A stretch of DNA of 64,000 nt from Takakia lepidozioides. Taxonomy: Eukaryota > Plantae > Bryophyta. The first letter of the stretch is position 1. The number at the start of each line of letters is the position of its first letter. The stretch lies in NCBI GenBank assembly GCA_030704615.1, contig CM060731.1:17174001-17238000 (forward strand). The letters run 5' to 3'. A program made the position numbers and the translations under genes. The notes below the pieces were generated by a model that saw only the letters and a list, made by a program, of their open reading frames with translations, did no database searches and had not been told where the DNA came from. Positions 25,201 to 37,889 of this stretch are shown one piece after another.

Positions 25201-27754
25201 GGAGACAAGTTGGGGCAAGGCAACATGGCAATAATTGAATTGCAAATCCCCCTTTGATCTGTTTCAAAGGAGTACAGTTCATCAGACTGAAAAAAGGCCA
25301 TGACAATGCAAAGCTTGCCGTACCTGCTCCAGTAGGATCCCATTTTCCTCCAGGGCACCATAATTCTCTCGCTGTAACTGCGAGACATTGGTCAGCAACT
25401 CGCCATCAACTCGACCATCTTGTTCCTCTCTGCACTTCAAGCGGTCCGTCAGCCGCCGTATCTCTCCATCACGCCTGTGCACCTCTGCCTCTGCGGCTAC
25501 CACTCCCTCTATTGCCTTCAACATCTCCCTATCTATCTCCTTCACCTGATCACCACATGTTGCTTAAGTGAAAGATTGGCACCAACCATATCAGCAAGGA
25601 ATGTGTTGAAATGCTCCAGTGTGAGTACTCCCTTCATGCCTCCAAAGGACATGTCATGTATTTTGTTGATGAAAGCAGATGCACATCAGAAACACTCTTA
25701 CCTCTTGCTTGATGTTTGTGCCATTCGCCTCCACAAAAGTATGTATTTAAGTGAGTTTAGGAATATTTGATAGATCGGATGTAATGGATGGGTAAATCGT
25801 CAGCCCCGTCTGACATGCAAACTCCATTTTAACCCACAGATTGCACCAGCGTGGATGCAGGACATGTGTATGCCACACATCTTAATCTTTCTCAGATTAC
25901 ACACCTCTACTTGATCAGATCAACTGATGGCACACAATAAAAATAACCCTGAGCATTGAACATCAGCTAGGAAGCAGTGCTGCAATATGCACCCAAACTG
26001 AGGCCGTGCTGGCAGACACCCATGTGAAGGTGACATTAGAGAGGAGAGACACAGGCCTAGGCCCAAGGTATGTATGCACCTGGGGCCCCAGAATGCCAGG
26101 CCAGTGCAGCGTACCCACACAGCCCCCTGTGCAAACAAATTACATCCTTATCCAGCATTTTAACAACAATTTGCTGAAGGCTAGAACTCTGCTAAGTTAA
26201 GGTCACACAAAGTCATTGACTTGAGCATGCCACCGGGGGAGACATCAGAGCCGCAGTGCAGGTTTGAATGGGGATAGGGTTGAATGTAATCCTTTCACAG
26301 ACAACTACCTGACCTACTCCTCGTAGATCGACTATTAAATCTGAAACCTCCACTACAGCTGAAGGAGAAAGATATACCCTGGCCTTCATGAACTCAGTTA
26401 CCTGCATCAGGCACATCCCTCTGCAGCTGCCAGAAATTAAGACAGGCAAGTAACTGCACATTTTGTACTGGCCTTACCCCTGCTATTGCTCGTCTAGCAT
26501 ACAGAGTGCTGCAGCCTTTCTATAGTGTGCTATGTAAGGAGTCACATACACTGGAGTCAACAATTTGTTGTTCATGGTGATAAGTCCTCTCACTCATTGA
26601 CAGCTGGGCCCGTAGCTTTGCAGAATCAGCAAGTGCCATTGCCAAATGCTGCTCACTGCTTTCAAGTTCACCCTCCAGGGTCGCAAGACATGCCTCATCC
26701 TGACGTGCCTCCTCCAGCACCTTTTTCAACTCTTGGCTAAATATACTCTGAGGTGTTACAGCAATGGAAAATTTTCAAAGTTAGAAGCAAATCTTACATT
26801 CTTGAAGGTATTCTTTCACACAAATTCATCTTTGCACATCAAACATAACCAGTACACCTGCATCAACATAACTTGTCAGCTCATGGCACATGGCTGCTAG
26901 TCCTTTTGAGGGGCCCCTAAAAGTGCCTTACAGCCTGGAACACTGACAACTGCATAAATGAATAAATGAATGTTTTAGAACTTGCGGATCAATCTCAAAA
27001 CAATTGTCGAGCACCAAAATGCGAGCTCAAGAAAAAGTTCAACCAAAGGATGGAAACCCTTGCTGTGTGGGTTAATGTGCCTCCCGCCCCTCCTCCATTC
27101 AGCAACATAACTGCGATACCTCACGAGCTAGCCCTCCAGGAAGGGACTTAATATTCCAAGGGAAGAGCCCGATCTCAAGAATTTGAAGCTTCCTCCCTCC
27201 CTCTTACTCTCAACTTTTCTCTCCTAACCCACGCTTAGGGGTCAGTATTTCTAGTGAGGGGGAAAACAAAAAGTTAATGTAACATGAACCTTGAGCTGGG
27301 TGTGACGCCAACGCTGGAATGCAAGCACCACCGCAACAACCTTTGGCTCCCCGATTTTATCCTCTTCGTCCGTATCATCCACAAGAGTGTCTTCCGCATT
27401 TCTATACTTTTCAATTGCTTTTGGTTGGACATGAATGAGTTTGCGCATTGATGTCGACTCTGGTAGGAAATCCGCCAAGACAGAGGGAGAGGCACGCCAG
27501 TGCTCTACCGCAGACATGCCCGAATCCATCAGAACGGGAATTTTGCCCAAGTGCTGGGCTCCGTGCCGGTTCTCATTACCACTCCTTTTCTTGTGATGGC
27601 TTTGCGACTTGCTGTACTCGGAGGTGATGTTATAGTGATAAACTCTTGGGGATACTTCACTGATGCATCTCCTACTCACATTGTTATAAGTGTGACCGTC
27701 TTGAGTGCCACCTTCACTACTATGAACCAGGCGCTCGAGGTCACTATCGTCCAT
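19206..27754 (-). CDS. Uncharacterised multi-exon coiled-coil protein with Sfi1-like F/LxxW(R/K) motifs
   Basis: ATG at 27754. Heptad-rich exon ORFs at about 26550-26730, 25320-25545, 24530-24725, 23160-23650 and 21762-22450. A 72-nt exon lies at 21403-21474. A phase-0 acceptor (ttttgtcctttattgaagcag|G) at 20015 opens a 269-codon ORF to TAG at 19206. Exact exon structure and 3' end are uncertain. Confidence 0.6.
20273..20833. mobile_element. Degenerate non-autonomous DNA transposon (hAT/MITE-like)
   Basis: Inverted ends TGTTGGGCAGGT (20276) and ACCCGCCCAACA (ending 20830). ACCCG/CGGGT-like subterminal motifs flank an AT-rich core. No clear TSD. Confidence 0.5.
20845..21146 (-). mobile_element. 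tRNA-derived SINE-like element
   Basis: Minus strand has A-box TGGCCGAGTGG (21139-21129) and B-box GGTTTGAAGCC (21095-21085) at tRNA-like spacing. The acceptor and anticodon stems do not pair. About 230 bp of unrelated tail follows; the 3' end is approximate. Confidence 0.55.
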
Positions 27755-28573
27755 GAGAACAATTCCACCTTCTTGTCACTACCGTACCTCCAGCATTGGC
27801 GTCCCCAATTCCAAAATATTTCAAACAAATTCAATGGAAGAAAAGGAGAAGCTCTTTAAACGCATTCCTAGCAAGTCCACAGGGGCGAAAAGCAAGGGAA
27901 CAGATGCAGGATGGATTAACCAAGGGAGCGGAAACTTTGTTGTGTGTAGTTTTCACCACCATGGACCAGCCCCAGGTCGCTATGGTCCATGGCCACAGTC
28001 CTTCAAAATATTCTCCCTAATTCTTGCATTTTCGTCCCCCCAAGTTAGCAAGATTTCATCGTCATTCCACAAAAACTGCAGAAACGGAGGTATCAGGCAG
28101 CATCGAAAGGAGACCGAAGTGACAGTGCATGTTCCATGCGAAAACCGGAAAAGGCGCCAGTATCCAGGAAGTTATGCCGCCTTCGAGCGTGCTCTCAAGC
28201 TACATAAGAAGCTACGCTGAAAACTGCAGCATTGAAGAGGAGAGGAGAGCCCGGTGCAAGAGAAACAGAGCGCTGGTCTGCTCTTGAGCACACCGAGCTT
28301 TCCGGTACATTCGGTCTGCGCGGAACAATTTTATATGCCCCATTTAAAGTGGATCCGTTAAATGGTCGCCTAGGAATTGATTATTTATACCCCTGACAGA
28401 CCCCACTTAAATATATATTGTTTATTTTTCCTTGACCAAGGCGAGAATAGGTATGGCACGTAAGCATGCTCAAAGGAGCTTTATTTTAGGGGAGAGAAGA
28501 AGAAGGCTCTGGAGACGGACAAGGGGAAGGTAAATCGAGGGGTTGGGCCAAGGTAGATCTAGAAGGAGAAAGG

Positions 28574-31500
28574 ATGGATGCAGCAAAGCTCGCACAGCTG
28601 AAGCTGTTTGTGCAGCAGTGCGAGGCTAACCCTGCCGTTTTAGGGGAACCATCGCTACGTTTTTTCCGCAACTACTTGGACAAGTCAGCTCCTTCCCAAT
28701 TTTGCATGCCTTGTCTTTGCGGCCCGCGTCATTTTTCGGCATCTGATTTCTGGCATTGCTGTTGTAATTTGTCACAAGGGTTAGCAACTTAATAGAATCT
28801 TTATGATACTCGACAGTTTAGTTCGTGCTCCCCCCCTTCTCCTTCGGTCGTCTCTCTTTGCACTCCGCGTGCTTGTTATGCTTAGTCTTCAAAGCCGCCT
28901 CTGTTGGTCTTATGCTGGCATAAAGCAGCGATTGTCACTGTGCTTTGGCCCCTTGCTCCATATTCTGTCGGAAGAAGTACGCTAGTGGCGATCCATGTCG
29001 ACGGTTGCGTGTCATAAGCTAGGAATTTGTTGTCCTTAAACATGAGCTAGGTTCTAGGAGCGGTAATGTAGTGACATGCCCGTCTCAGTTTTCTTTTATT
29101 ACAGTTTCGATGTGCTTTTATTGCACATTGGATGCTCACGTCGTTCTAACTCCAATCCTCAGCTGAATTCTGTCTTCGTCGCTGATAAGAAAGCTGTCTC
29201 TGTTTTGAGAGTTTGCATGCTTGAATGGACATAGTTGAGCTCTTGTTTCTCTGTTTTTCTTGCATCTTATTTATCAGAAGATAGTCTCTCTTTCTCAACC
29301 CCTTATCAACTGGACATTTCAACACGCTTCTTGTCTACACCCTGATGCAGTAATAAGAAATAATATGTCAGACTGCTGACTTATAATAGATCTAGTCTCT
29401 GACAATCCCGCATACAAGGTCTAAGATGCATACAGGAAGTTTAATGACACCTTGGTTGGGAGAGTTGACATGTTGATATATGGGCTTGTATGTGCAGGCT
29501 TGGTGCAAAGCTTCCTGCAGCTGCCTATGGCAAGGCAGAAACTGGAAAGTCATCACCATTTGCAGTGCGTTGGTTCTCTTCTTATTTAAGTAGAAGTCCT
29601 GCGTCAGCCTTGTCTGTGCTGGCAGTGTGTCCCCTCTTTTTGCCTGCATCCAAATCTGGCACGAGATCTTTGCACACAGTGCAATAGCGAGCAGATTTTT
29701 CTGAGCTGCCCTTGTATCAGACACAACCACCTTCAGTTCAGATACTTTCACACTTACATAGGATGTCTGCCTGTTGCTCAACCAAACTAAGCAGTTTAGT
29801 TATTGCACATTAAGAGGATGTTAGGTTTGCGTAACAATGCCTGTCAATGCCTGTCAGTGGCACGCTTCCATGGCATTTACAAATTTGCATCCTATAGTGA
29901 AGAGCTTGTTATTTAGCTTTTCTAGCATCCTAGGTCGCTGCCTGAGGTAACTCTGACAAGTCAACCTGGCAGGACAATCAGGTTGAGGAGAGTGATGATG
30001 ACATGCCAGAACTTGAAGAGCAGGATGCACCAGGGAAAACAAGGCCTGCCAAGTCATGGAATGACAGTGAGGAGGAATCGGACTTGGAGTTGGACAATGA
30101 GTATGTTGTACCTCCTGACAATGAACCATTAGAAAAGGTAGGCCCAAGCCTATTATGATGTTGTGCTCTAGGACAGCGAGGGCACAACATATCAACTTTT
30201 TTGATGTGTTGGTATTGAACTTTGTTTCTTTTTATGTGAAAAGTGTTGAGGACCTTACTTAGTGCATAATAAGAAAGAACTATACAGAGAGGAGTTACAA
30301 GCCCATCCAGCATTGGGATGCCATGTGAAGCCTCTAGGTTCTTATACATAATGAGCAAATAGAGAAAGGAGGATCTTCTTTGTGCCATAGTATTCAGAGT
30401 GGCGAAGCTTACCATTATCACATTCTGCGAGAAAAAGGCTTGTTGGAGGCTGTTTCTTTGTTGACTTGCTGATATTGCAACTGTTGTTGCATGGACTTGG
30501 CTAGTTAGAAGGAGTCCAAGTGAAGCAATGTATGTGTATGAGTTAGGGCTTTGACTGAGGATGATAGCCACAAGGAATGAAAAATACGCATTGAAAATGT
30601 ATGACAGATGCCTGACCCAACAGTGGAGGTAACAGAGGAGAAACGGGATAGTGCCCAGATTGCCAAAGGGAAAGCTATGGAAGCCATGGCTGAAGGTAAC
30701 TGCATGCTCTTAGAGTTCTGATTATTCCAAGTATATAGACTGCTTTAGGTCTGTAGTATCAAATGCTTTGAGTTTCAGTGGGTTAGAGCCACAATGTAGG
30801 TTTTTCCACCTTGCTGGCACAGTTGTCACCTATTGGAGTTTCATGAGTTCAGGGCTAATCTGTAGTCTATACTTGTTTACAGGCAATTTACGCGAGTAGA
30901 CCTTACCAAATGAGTGGGACCCTGTTTGGAGCTTTCTAGTCAGGTTAACTTTTGTGTGTGGCCAAGCAGGGAATCTGGATGAAGCTCTTCATTACTTAAC
31001 TGAAGCAATTGTGTGCAACCCCTCATCAGCCATTCTCTATGCAAACCGTGGTACTTAACAGTGGGCTCTGCAACCCTCTCGCCTGTGAAATGTATGTGTC
31101 TTGGAAGTACTACTGAGAGTAATCCTTGGTGTTTGTTGGCTCACAAGGGCACAATAATGCTGTAACTTTGCCGCCTCAATGCTACCCACTATGACATAGA
31201 ATTCGTAGTCTTCTGTGGCTCTTCCTTTAGGTTGCTGCAGGGTACTCTAGGACGTAAGAAACTTGCTCAAAGCAGCCAATTACTTTTCCATCTGCTAGAT
31301 AGGAGGTGGTGTGGTGATTTATTGTTTATGTGGTCTCTTCTTGCATGGAAAGCTGGAGTTTATGTGAAGATGAAAAAGCCAAATGCTGCAATCCGTGATG
31401 CTGAAGCTGCAATCAAGGTAAAGCCACTCATCATATGAAAAGTTTTATGCTTTTAAACGTAGTTCCAGACTTTTGACCTTACTGGTGTTCAAAAGTTGAC

Positions 31501-34252
31501 ATTATGTTCAAGTCACATCTACTTGAATCTTCTCCTCATGATCAAACAATACATTGTGGCATTTGGCTCTGATGACAGATAAACCCAGACTCTGCAAAGG
31601 GCTACAAGTCGAGAGGGCAGGCTAAGGCACTACTGGGATTGTGGGAAGAAGCCGCCAAGGACCTGCATTTGGCATCAAGACTTGATTATGATGAGGAGAT
31701 TGCTGCAGTGCTCAAGATGGTAAGGAAGGCCTTCCATAATAGCATAATCCCAACATGCAATAGTTCATTGCTGCCACTATAAACAATGATTATGTACACC
31801 TTGTAAGAGGGTGTAAGGCTTGGTAGTAAAATTGATAGACAGTGAGTGCCTGACATGCAAGGTGAAGAGATATTACACATGTCATAACCCTCATGTTGCA
31901 ATTATTGTGGAGCTGCAACTTTAGTAGGCTGGCAGTTGAGAGGAACAGTGGAGATAAATAATATTGGCAAGTTGAAGCATTGCCTCTGATATGGAGACTA
32001 TACTTATCGTGCTTTTGTGTTGTTGCTGTCATAGGTTGAGCCCAATGTCCACAAGATTGAAGAGCACCGCAGGAAGTATGAACGCTTGCGGAAGGAAAGA
32101 GATGAGAGGAGGATTGCGCATGAACGTGAAAAGGTTATCTTCCATTTTTAAACCTTGTATATATACCATGACAACAACTGGATCTGACGTCCTTTGTGAG
32201 CTGTCTATTGTTAAGTTGAAATAAAGTTGGATGGAACACATCTTATATTGTCGTTGTTGTTATCGTTGTTGGCATAATACACGCACTGTTGCCTGGACAG
32301 TAACCTCAGGCAGTTTGTAACTTCATCTTGCCTAATGATTGAGGTACACATGGCAGGATGGAAAAGAGAATCTGATGGTGATTCCTCCACGTGTGCAGGC
32401 TGCACAAGAGAATGCAAGAAAAGAGCAGGAGAAATATGTGCCACCAGCAGGTACTGCAGGGAGGGGTAAGCCAAGTGGTTTTCCAGGTGGTATGCCGGGT
32501 TTCCCAGGGGGTATGCCAGCTGGTATGGGAGGTGGAGGTGGTTTTCCCGGAAGTGTGCCTGGCATGGCACCAGGGGGTATCGACATGAGCAAGATACTAA
32601 GTGTAAGAATTTTATTGCCACCTTTTGTGCATGATGTTGATTGAATAAGTGAATGAATTGCCCAATTGGCAGTCTGATTGAAGTGTGACGCCCGATTGCT
32701 TGAATGAGTGCACCTTTTCATAGTTACCTTACAGAATAATCAATGATGATGCACACTGCACTTATTGGAAGGGCTCGTTTATACAGTTTAGTGAGAAGGT
32801 AGTACAAGCACAAATGTTGGCAAGGTTTTTTGTGATGTCAAGTGACTTGCTTTAAGCAGGCCTTGATCCTCAAGGCTTAGGCTGCAACCTGTCATTTTTT
32901 ACCTTTGCTGCCCTTTGAATATACAACCTATCTTGTATCCTCATGATACTGATGATGGAAGTGTAATGTGGATCTTTAAGGTATCGTAGTGCAAGTGTTG
33001 GGGTAATCCCAGGAAACTCATTGAATTATTCCTAGCTTCTTGTCACTCCCCTGTTTGTACTTGACTCCATACTATGTCTTGAGAGGATTTTCGCATAATC
33101 CAAATGAGCAGCTTGCTAGAAACTTAACTAACTCAAGTTTGAGGAACTTACTCGAAACACCATGGACCTTAGCACCCCTTGGAAGTGATGTGCATTTATT
33201 ACTTATTTGAGCCATAGGCAAGGTCATGGGACACTTCCTATATCACTCATGCTCATGGTTCCTTCGTTCGAATTTGAATTTGAGCCGTTTACATAGGAAA
33301 TATGTGTTTAGTTGAATGGGTCAGTCTCTTATGGAGCTTCAAGCATAGGATAAATCAGTTAGTTCTTACAGTTTGTCAACCCCCATTAGAAAAGGCCATA
33401 CTCAGCTTGGATTCTTGACAAGCAAGTATGAACTTCAGGAAAGTTATTTTACTTCTTTTAAAAAAGAAGGAAGCCCAGTGAAGACATTTACTTCTTAATT
33501 AATCCTAATATATTGATACTTGCACTGTCTTCCAACACATCTTCCTGAACTCTTTTGACCCTAGTTGGCTGATCATCAGCTTCAGATGCTTTTATTGTCG
33601 TAACCATATTGTGGTACCCATGTAATTATCGATTGTTGTGAACACAGCAGTAGAAACTTATAACCTGGGTGCCTTCGTTGACATTCTGAAGGTACACCGA
33701 AACCTTCACACCCTAATTCTTCACATGCTTGTATGTTGACACAGGATCCAGAGATGATGGCTGCATTTTCAGATCCTGAAGTCATGGCAGCTCTCCAAGA
33801 TGGTGTGTGCCTCCTTGCCATCTCTTATCTGTTCAGCGCTGTAAATTTTGAAACTAACATGTGTGAGCAGTTTTTATGATTAGCTATGATAACTTGTATT
33901 TGCTATGATGTGGATGAGTTGTCCTCAATGATTCGAGTCATCATAACTTAGACATAAATCTTCCACCATGCCTGCTGTGTCTGGGTGGAAAAACTAGGTT
34001 CAAAGGAGGTTGTTACGATCTGTGATTTGGTCTGACTTTGTTACTTGTTTCATGTTGCATATAAGCAATTGTGCCTCTCTTCTAGGAACCTGCAATATTG
34101 AACTCTCTCATTTTGATATGACATCTCTACCTGGTATTCATGCAGTGATGAAGAATCCAAGCAATCTTTCTAAGCATCAGGGAAATCCAAAAGTTGCTCC
34201 TGTGATTGCAAAAATGTTCAGCAAATTTGCTGGTGGAGCTGGTACATTTTGA
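28574..34252 (+). CDS. HIP1: Hsc70-interacting protein (HIP / FAM10 / ST13 family)
   Basis: N-terminal [35 protein letters not shown] dimerisation domain, acidic [11 protein letters not shown] region, TPRs ([35 protein letters not shown]), GGMPG repeats and STI1 domain ([35 protein letters not shown]). GT-AG introns. Confidence 0.95.
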
Positions 34253-34644
34253 TGACCACAGCCACAACCTCCATTCCTTGCATTGGCTCTTGAGCCTTGA
34301 GAGCACTCTAAAAGCAGAACCTTGGTAGCGAAGGTTACTGTTATGTTTTTGATAAGGATGTGACAATCACTTATATCTAGCTGATGTCTGTTTTTCTGCC
34401 GATAGGGATCAACTCTTCCAGTTCCCACATCGGAAGAGAGCTTTGCATGTAGACTAATGACATTGGAAATGTTAATGAGTGTATAGAGAAGATTTTTGCA
34501 GTTTGATTATGTCTTCTCTTCTCCTGGGTCCATCTGATATGGACCAGAGCATCCCAAATGGTGGTATGTTAGAGATCTCTTTTATTGACTTATCTGGGTC
34601 AAACTATGTTAAGTGTGGCCAATAGATCAATGCGAACAGAAGGC

Positions 34645-34750
34645 TGAAGGTATCATAGATCCTTGCAATTGGATGGTTGTAAAACAGGTTGTGTAAACAG
34701 GTTGAAGGTATCATAGATCCTTGCAATTGGATGGTTGTAAAACAGGTTGT
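34645..34750. repeat. Tandem duplication, period 58 bp
   Basis: tgaaggtatcatagatccttgcaattggatggttgtaaaacaggttgt is identical at 34645 and 34703. Confidence 0.95.
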
Positions 34751-34999
34751 CCTCCTTTATCTATGCAGAGATCTAGACTAAAATATGTACCCGCAAGTTA
34801 CGAGTCAGAAGAAAAGAAAATGAAATAAAATGGACAGTGTCCTAATGAACTTGGTTATTGCATGCTGGCCCCCACATGGCTATGGCGAATGGCCCCACTT
34901 GGGCCATTTCACTAGCCCAGTGGGAAGGCAGCTGCAACAAATAGATTTACCATTTCGTTTTGTAGGATATGTGTATGTTATTGCCAGAATGGCCCGAGG

Positions 35000-35059
35000 G
35001 AGACTGCTCTGAAAGAAAATGTGGTGCAGTGAGACTGCTCTGAAAGAAAATGTGGTGCA
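35000..35059. repeat. Tandem duplication, period 31 bp
   Basis: gagactgctctgaaagaaaatgtggtgca occurs twice. Confidence 0.95.
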
Positions 35060-35915
35060 AAAGAAGTATCGCATGAACTCGACATCCTCCGAAAATGCAC
35101 CTCGACATTGGTAAGATTTGTTCCAATCTTAATATCTGGTGGAGGTGGTTAATGTGTTGACCATTGAATTTTGCACTAACTTATGCTATGGACACATATG
35201 TTTCCATCATTCAAACACATCCAAAATTTGTGAGGATTGATTTCTCTGTCATTGTAAAAATCAAACAAGTCAATGACTGCAAGATTTGGAGAGCCTGCAT
35301 TTGATGTGAAAATTGCATTCCAAAAACGAATTTGCTCGCGCCACCAAGCATGTCACTTTGGAACCAAGTGTGCTTTTTTCATGGGAGGGTACAGCAAGGG
35401 GCAATCTTGGTGGTGGGCCCTGTCACTCCTTTCAAGACAATCCTACACATCCATGGAGAAGAGGAAGCGATGCTGATGGTCAGCCCTCCTGCTCTACCCA
35501 AGGTCACAACTCTACAGGAATGATGCCCGGCAACCCCAAGCGAGGCACAACAACTCCAAGGCACAACAACTCCAAATCGAGGGTCCGGTGGCCCTTCCCC
35601 AATTCGCCTTTCAGGTACACGGTGGCCTCCCACAGAGCTTACCTCTCCACCTCCTTCTAGACAGCGGACAGGTTCACTTGATCAGACCGCCCGTTCTTTT
35701 GCTCCATCTTATCTCTCACCACCAGCACCACCATTTTCTCCACCAGACCGAGTGCCTTGTCTAGGTTGTGGTCAGATGTTTGCCCATATCAGGGTCTTGC
35801 ACGTCATCGGCACACGTGTTCTACGATCCATTAGTCTTCTCCGGACACTCATCTACCTACCCCGTTAGTTGCTCCGTCTGCACAAGCATGGCTTTGGATT
35901 GCAACCCTTGATGTT

Positions 35916-36342
35916 TTGGTGGTCGCTTTTATTAGTTTATTCCGAAAAATAAAGCGACCGCCAATATTGCAATCGCCTCCTTAAAATTAATAATAATAAT
36001 AATAATAATAATAAAACTACCGCCAATATTGGCGGTCACTTCATTTTAAGAAATTAAAACATTAAAGTGACTGCCAATTATATTTTTAATTTTTCATTAT
36101 TAATCTGTCACCGCCACTGTGTCGGAGACATGGTTGCTTCAGTGACATTTTTTTACCTAGATTTTTTATACTGGTATATTCCCAGAACCTGACATGACGT
36201 AGGGCCCGTCAACGTCAGGTGTGACGTGACTTAATGCTGATGGACGGACGTGATGCTGATAACTGGGGTTTTGGGAGTATTTCATTTGTGTTTGCCCCGT
36301 CCCCGATTAGCAAATCGAAAATAAGTATGGCCCAATTTTCCC
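35916..36342. mobile_element. Hairpin array plus possible Mutator-like terminal sequence
   Basis: Alternating ttggcggtc/gaccgccaa inverted units, perfect palindrome ccgccaatattggcgg, (AAT)n, TGACGT motifs and an end ...cccaattttccc. The partner TIR was not found. Confidence 0.35.
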
Positions 36343-37889
36343 GTTGAATTATAGAGATAATATGAAACTGATATGGTTTTTCAACTCGTAGACACCCATT
36401 TGTGACACATAGGCCCCCCCCAAAGCAAACAAAAATAATCCTATTATGGTTATTTCGTCATCCAATTCTAACTTTAATTGACCTTAAATGGACATCAACT
36501 GCACCTGGAATAGACATCATTAATGGCCAATGTGGCCCCGCAGAGTTAAAATATGAGGCACTGCTAGTCTGACCCTGGCGCCCCTGCATGAGGGAGCGTT
36601 TTTCCAACAAACATCCAATAAGGCTTAGGCTGAAGACCATCAATTGACCAGTCAGGTACTTGATATGGTATTACCACATATTGTCATTTTAATACCCCCT
36701 TATTCATCTTTGCTATGCTTCTATTAATTTATTATGTCATGCTTTGTGTTTTTCTTGCGGCCCTGCATGTGCAGCCCCTAGGTCCTAGTAACTAATAAGT
36801 GAGTAAGTGAGAGGGGAAAAGAGCCCCCAGACTCTCTTCATATACCCTCACAAGGCGGTGGGACCTTCTAGAAGCCCACATAGGGGTAAGCGGTGGGACC
36901 CTTCTAGAAGGTTGCCTCCGCCACGTACACTTCTTCAAGTCTACCGCTGCAGGTCCCTCTGCCGCACCATCCATGTATTAATGTCCCTGGCATGGGGTGC
37001 GCAGTTTTCCGGGCACTATGGGACCCCTCTTCTTAGCCTTAATATAGGCTTTTCCCATTCCCTTTGGGCCCTAGTTAATTCCCGGACCACTCTCTAATTC
37101 CCACACCCCTTTGAAACCTGGGCTCATTGTCTTGAGCGAAACTCCTAGCCCGCTGTCCCAAAGATGCCAATGATTAACATATGAGTAACCCTATTTGATC
37201 CTAAATCTATCGCATATTCCCCTAAATGTGGTCCCCACTTCCGTAAAGTCACTATAAGGTAAAGACAGTGTCACTTTAAGGTCAAGGCATGCAAAAACAT
37301 AGGCGTCTATTTAAGGTCAGTGACCATTTTCGGTGCGACTACCTTATGTAGAAATGATCTTACCCTTCATATGGGTAAGGATAAGTATAAACCAAAATAT
37401 TTACCCGTATGAAGGGTAAGGATAAAATGAAAAAGGAACCTGCCAAATAATCTACCTGACACTGGAATTTACCACTGAGGCACTTCCAAAGACTTCTGCC
37501 AAACTCCCATGGTGTTGAATCTGGGAAATTTTGAATTGGACCAGTTTTTTAACATTAACCCTGGGTTGATAAAATAATCACCCTGTTCATGGACCTTGCG
37601 GGCATCAATTGAAGACTGAAAATCAATCTTCCATGCTTCGCTTATCCCAAGAGGAAACAGTACCTCGGCACTCATATAACTTGACATGTATGCTCCAAAC
37701 ATCAACACAACCTTGTGAAGAGAATAACCACTGAATGAATTGCCCTTCCTGAGGGTATGTGATAGCCAATGGAAAAGATCAGTTAAGATAGATATCGTCC
37801 ATGGCTTGCATATATTGAGAAATTTGGACATACACCCTCCACTGCTAATTGATAACAGTCACATAAGCCTAAACCTCCAGACCTAGAAG

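Noticed and set aside
32604-33743. Intronic box C/D snoRNA in HIP
   Set aside because: ATGATGA motifs are present but there is no properly spaced CTGA with a terminal stem.
37469-37831. 120-aa minus-strand ORF
   Set aside because: Lies in the MON2 3' UTR region with no recognisable motif.
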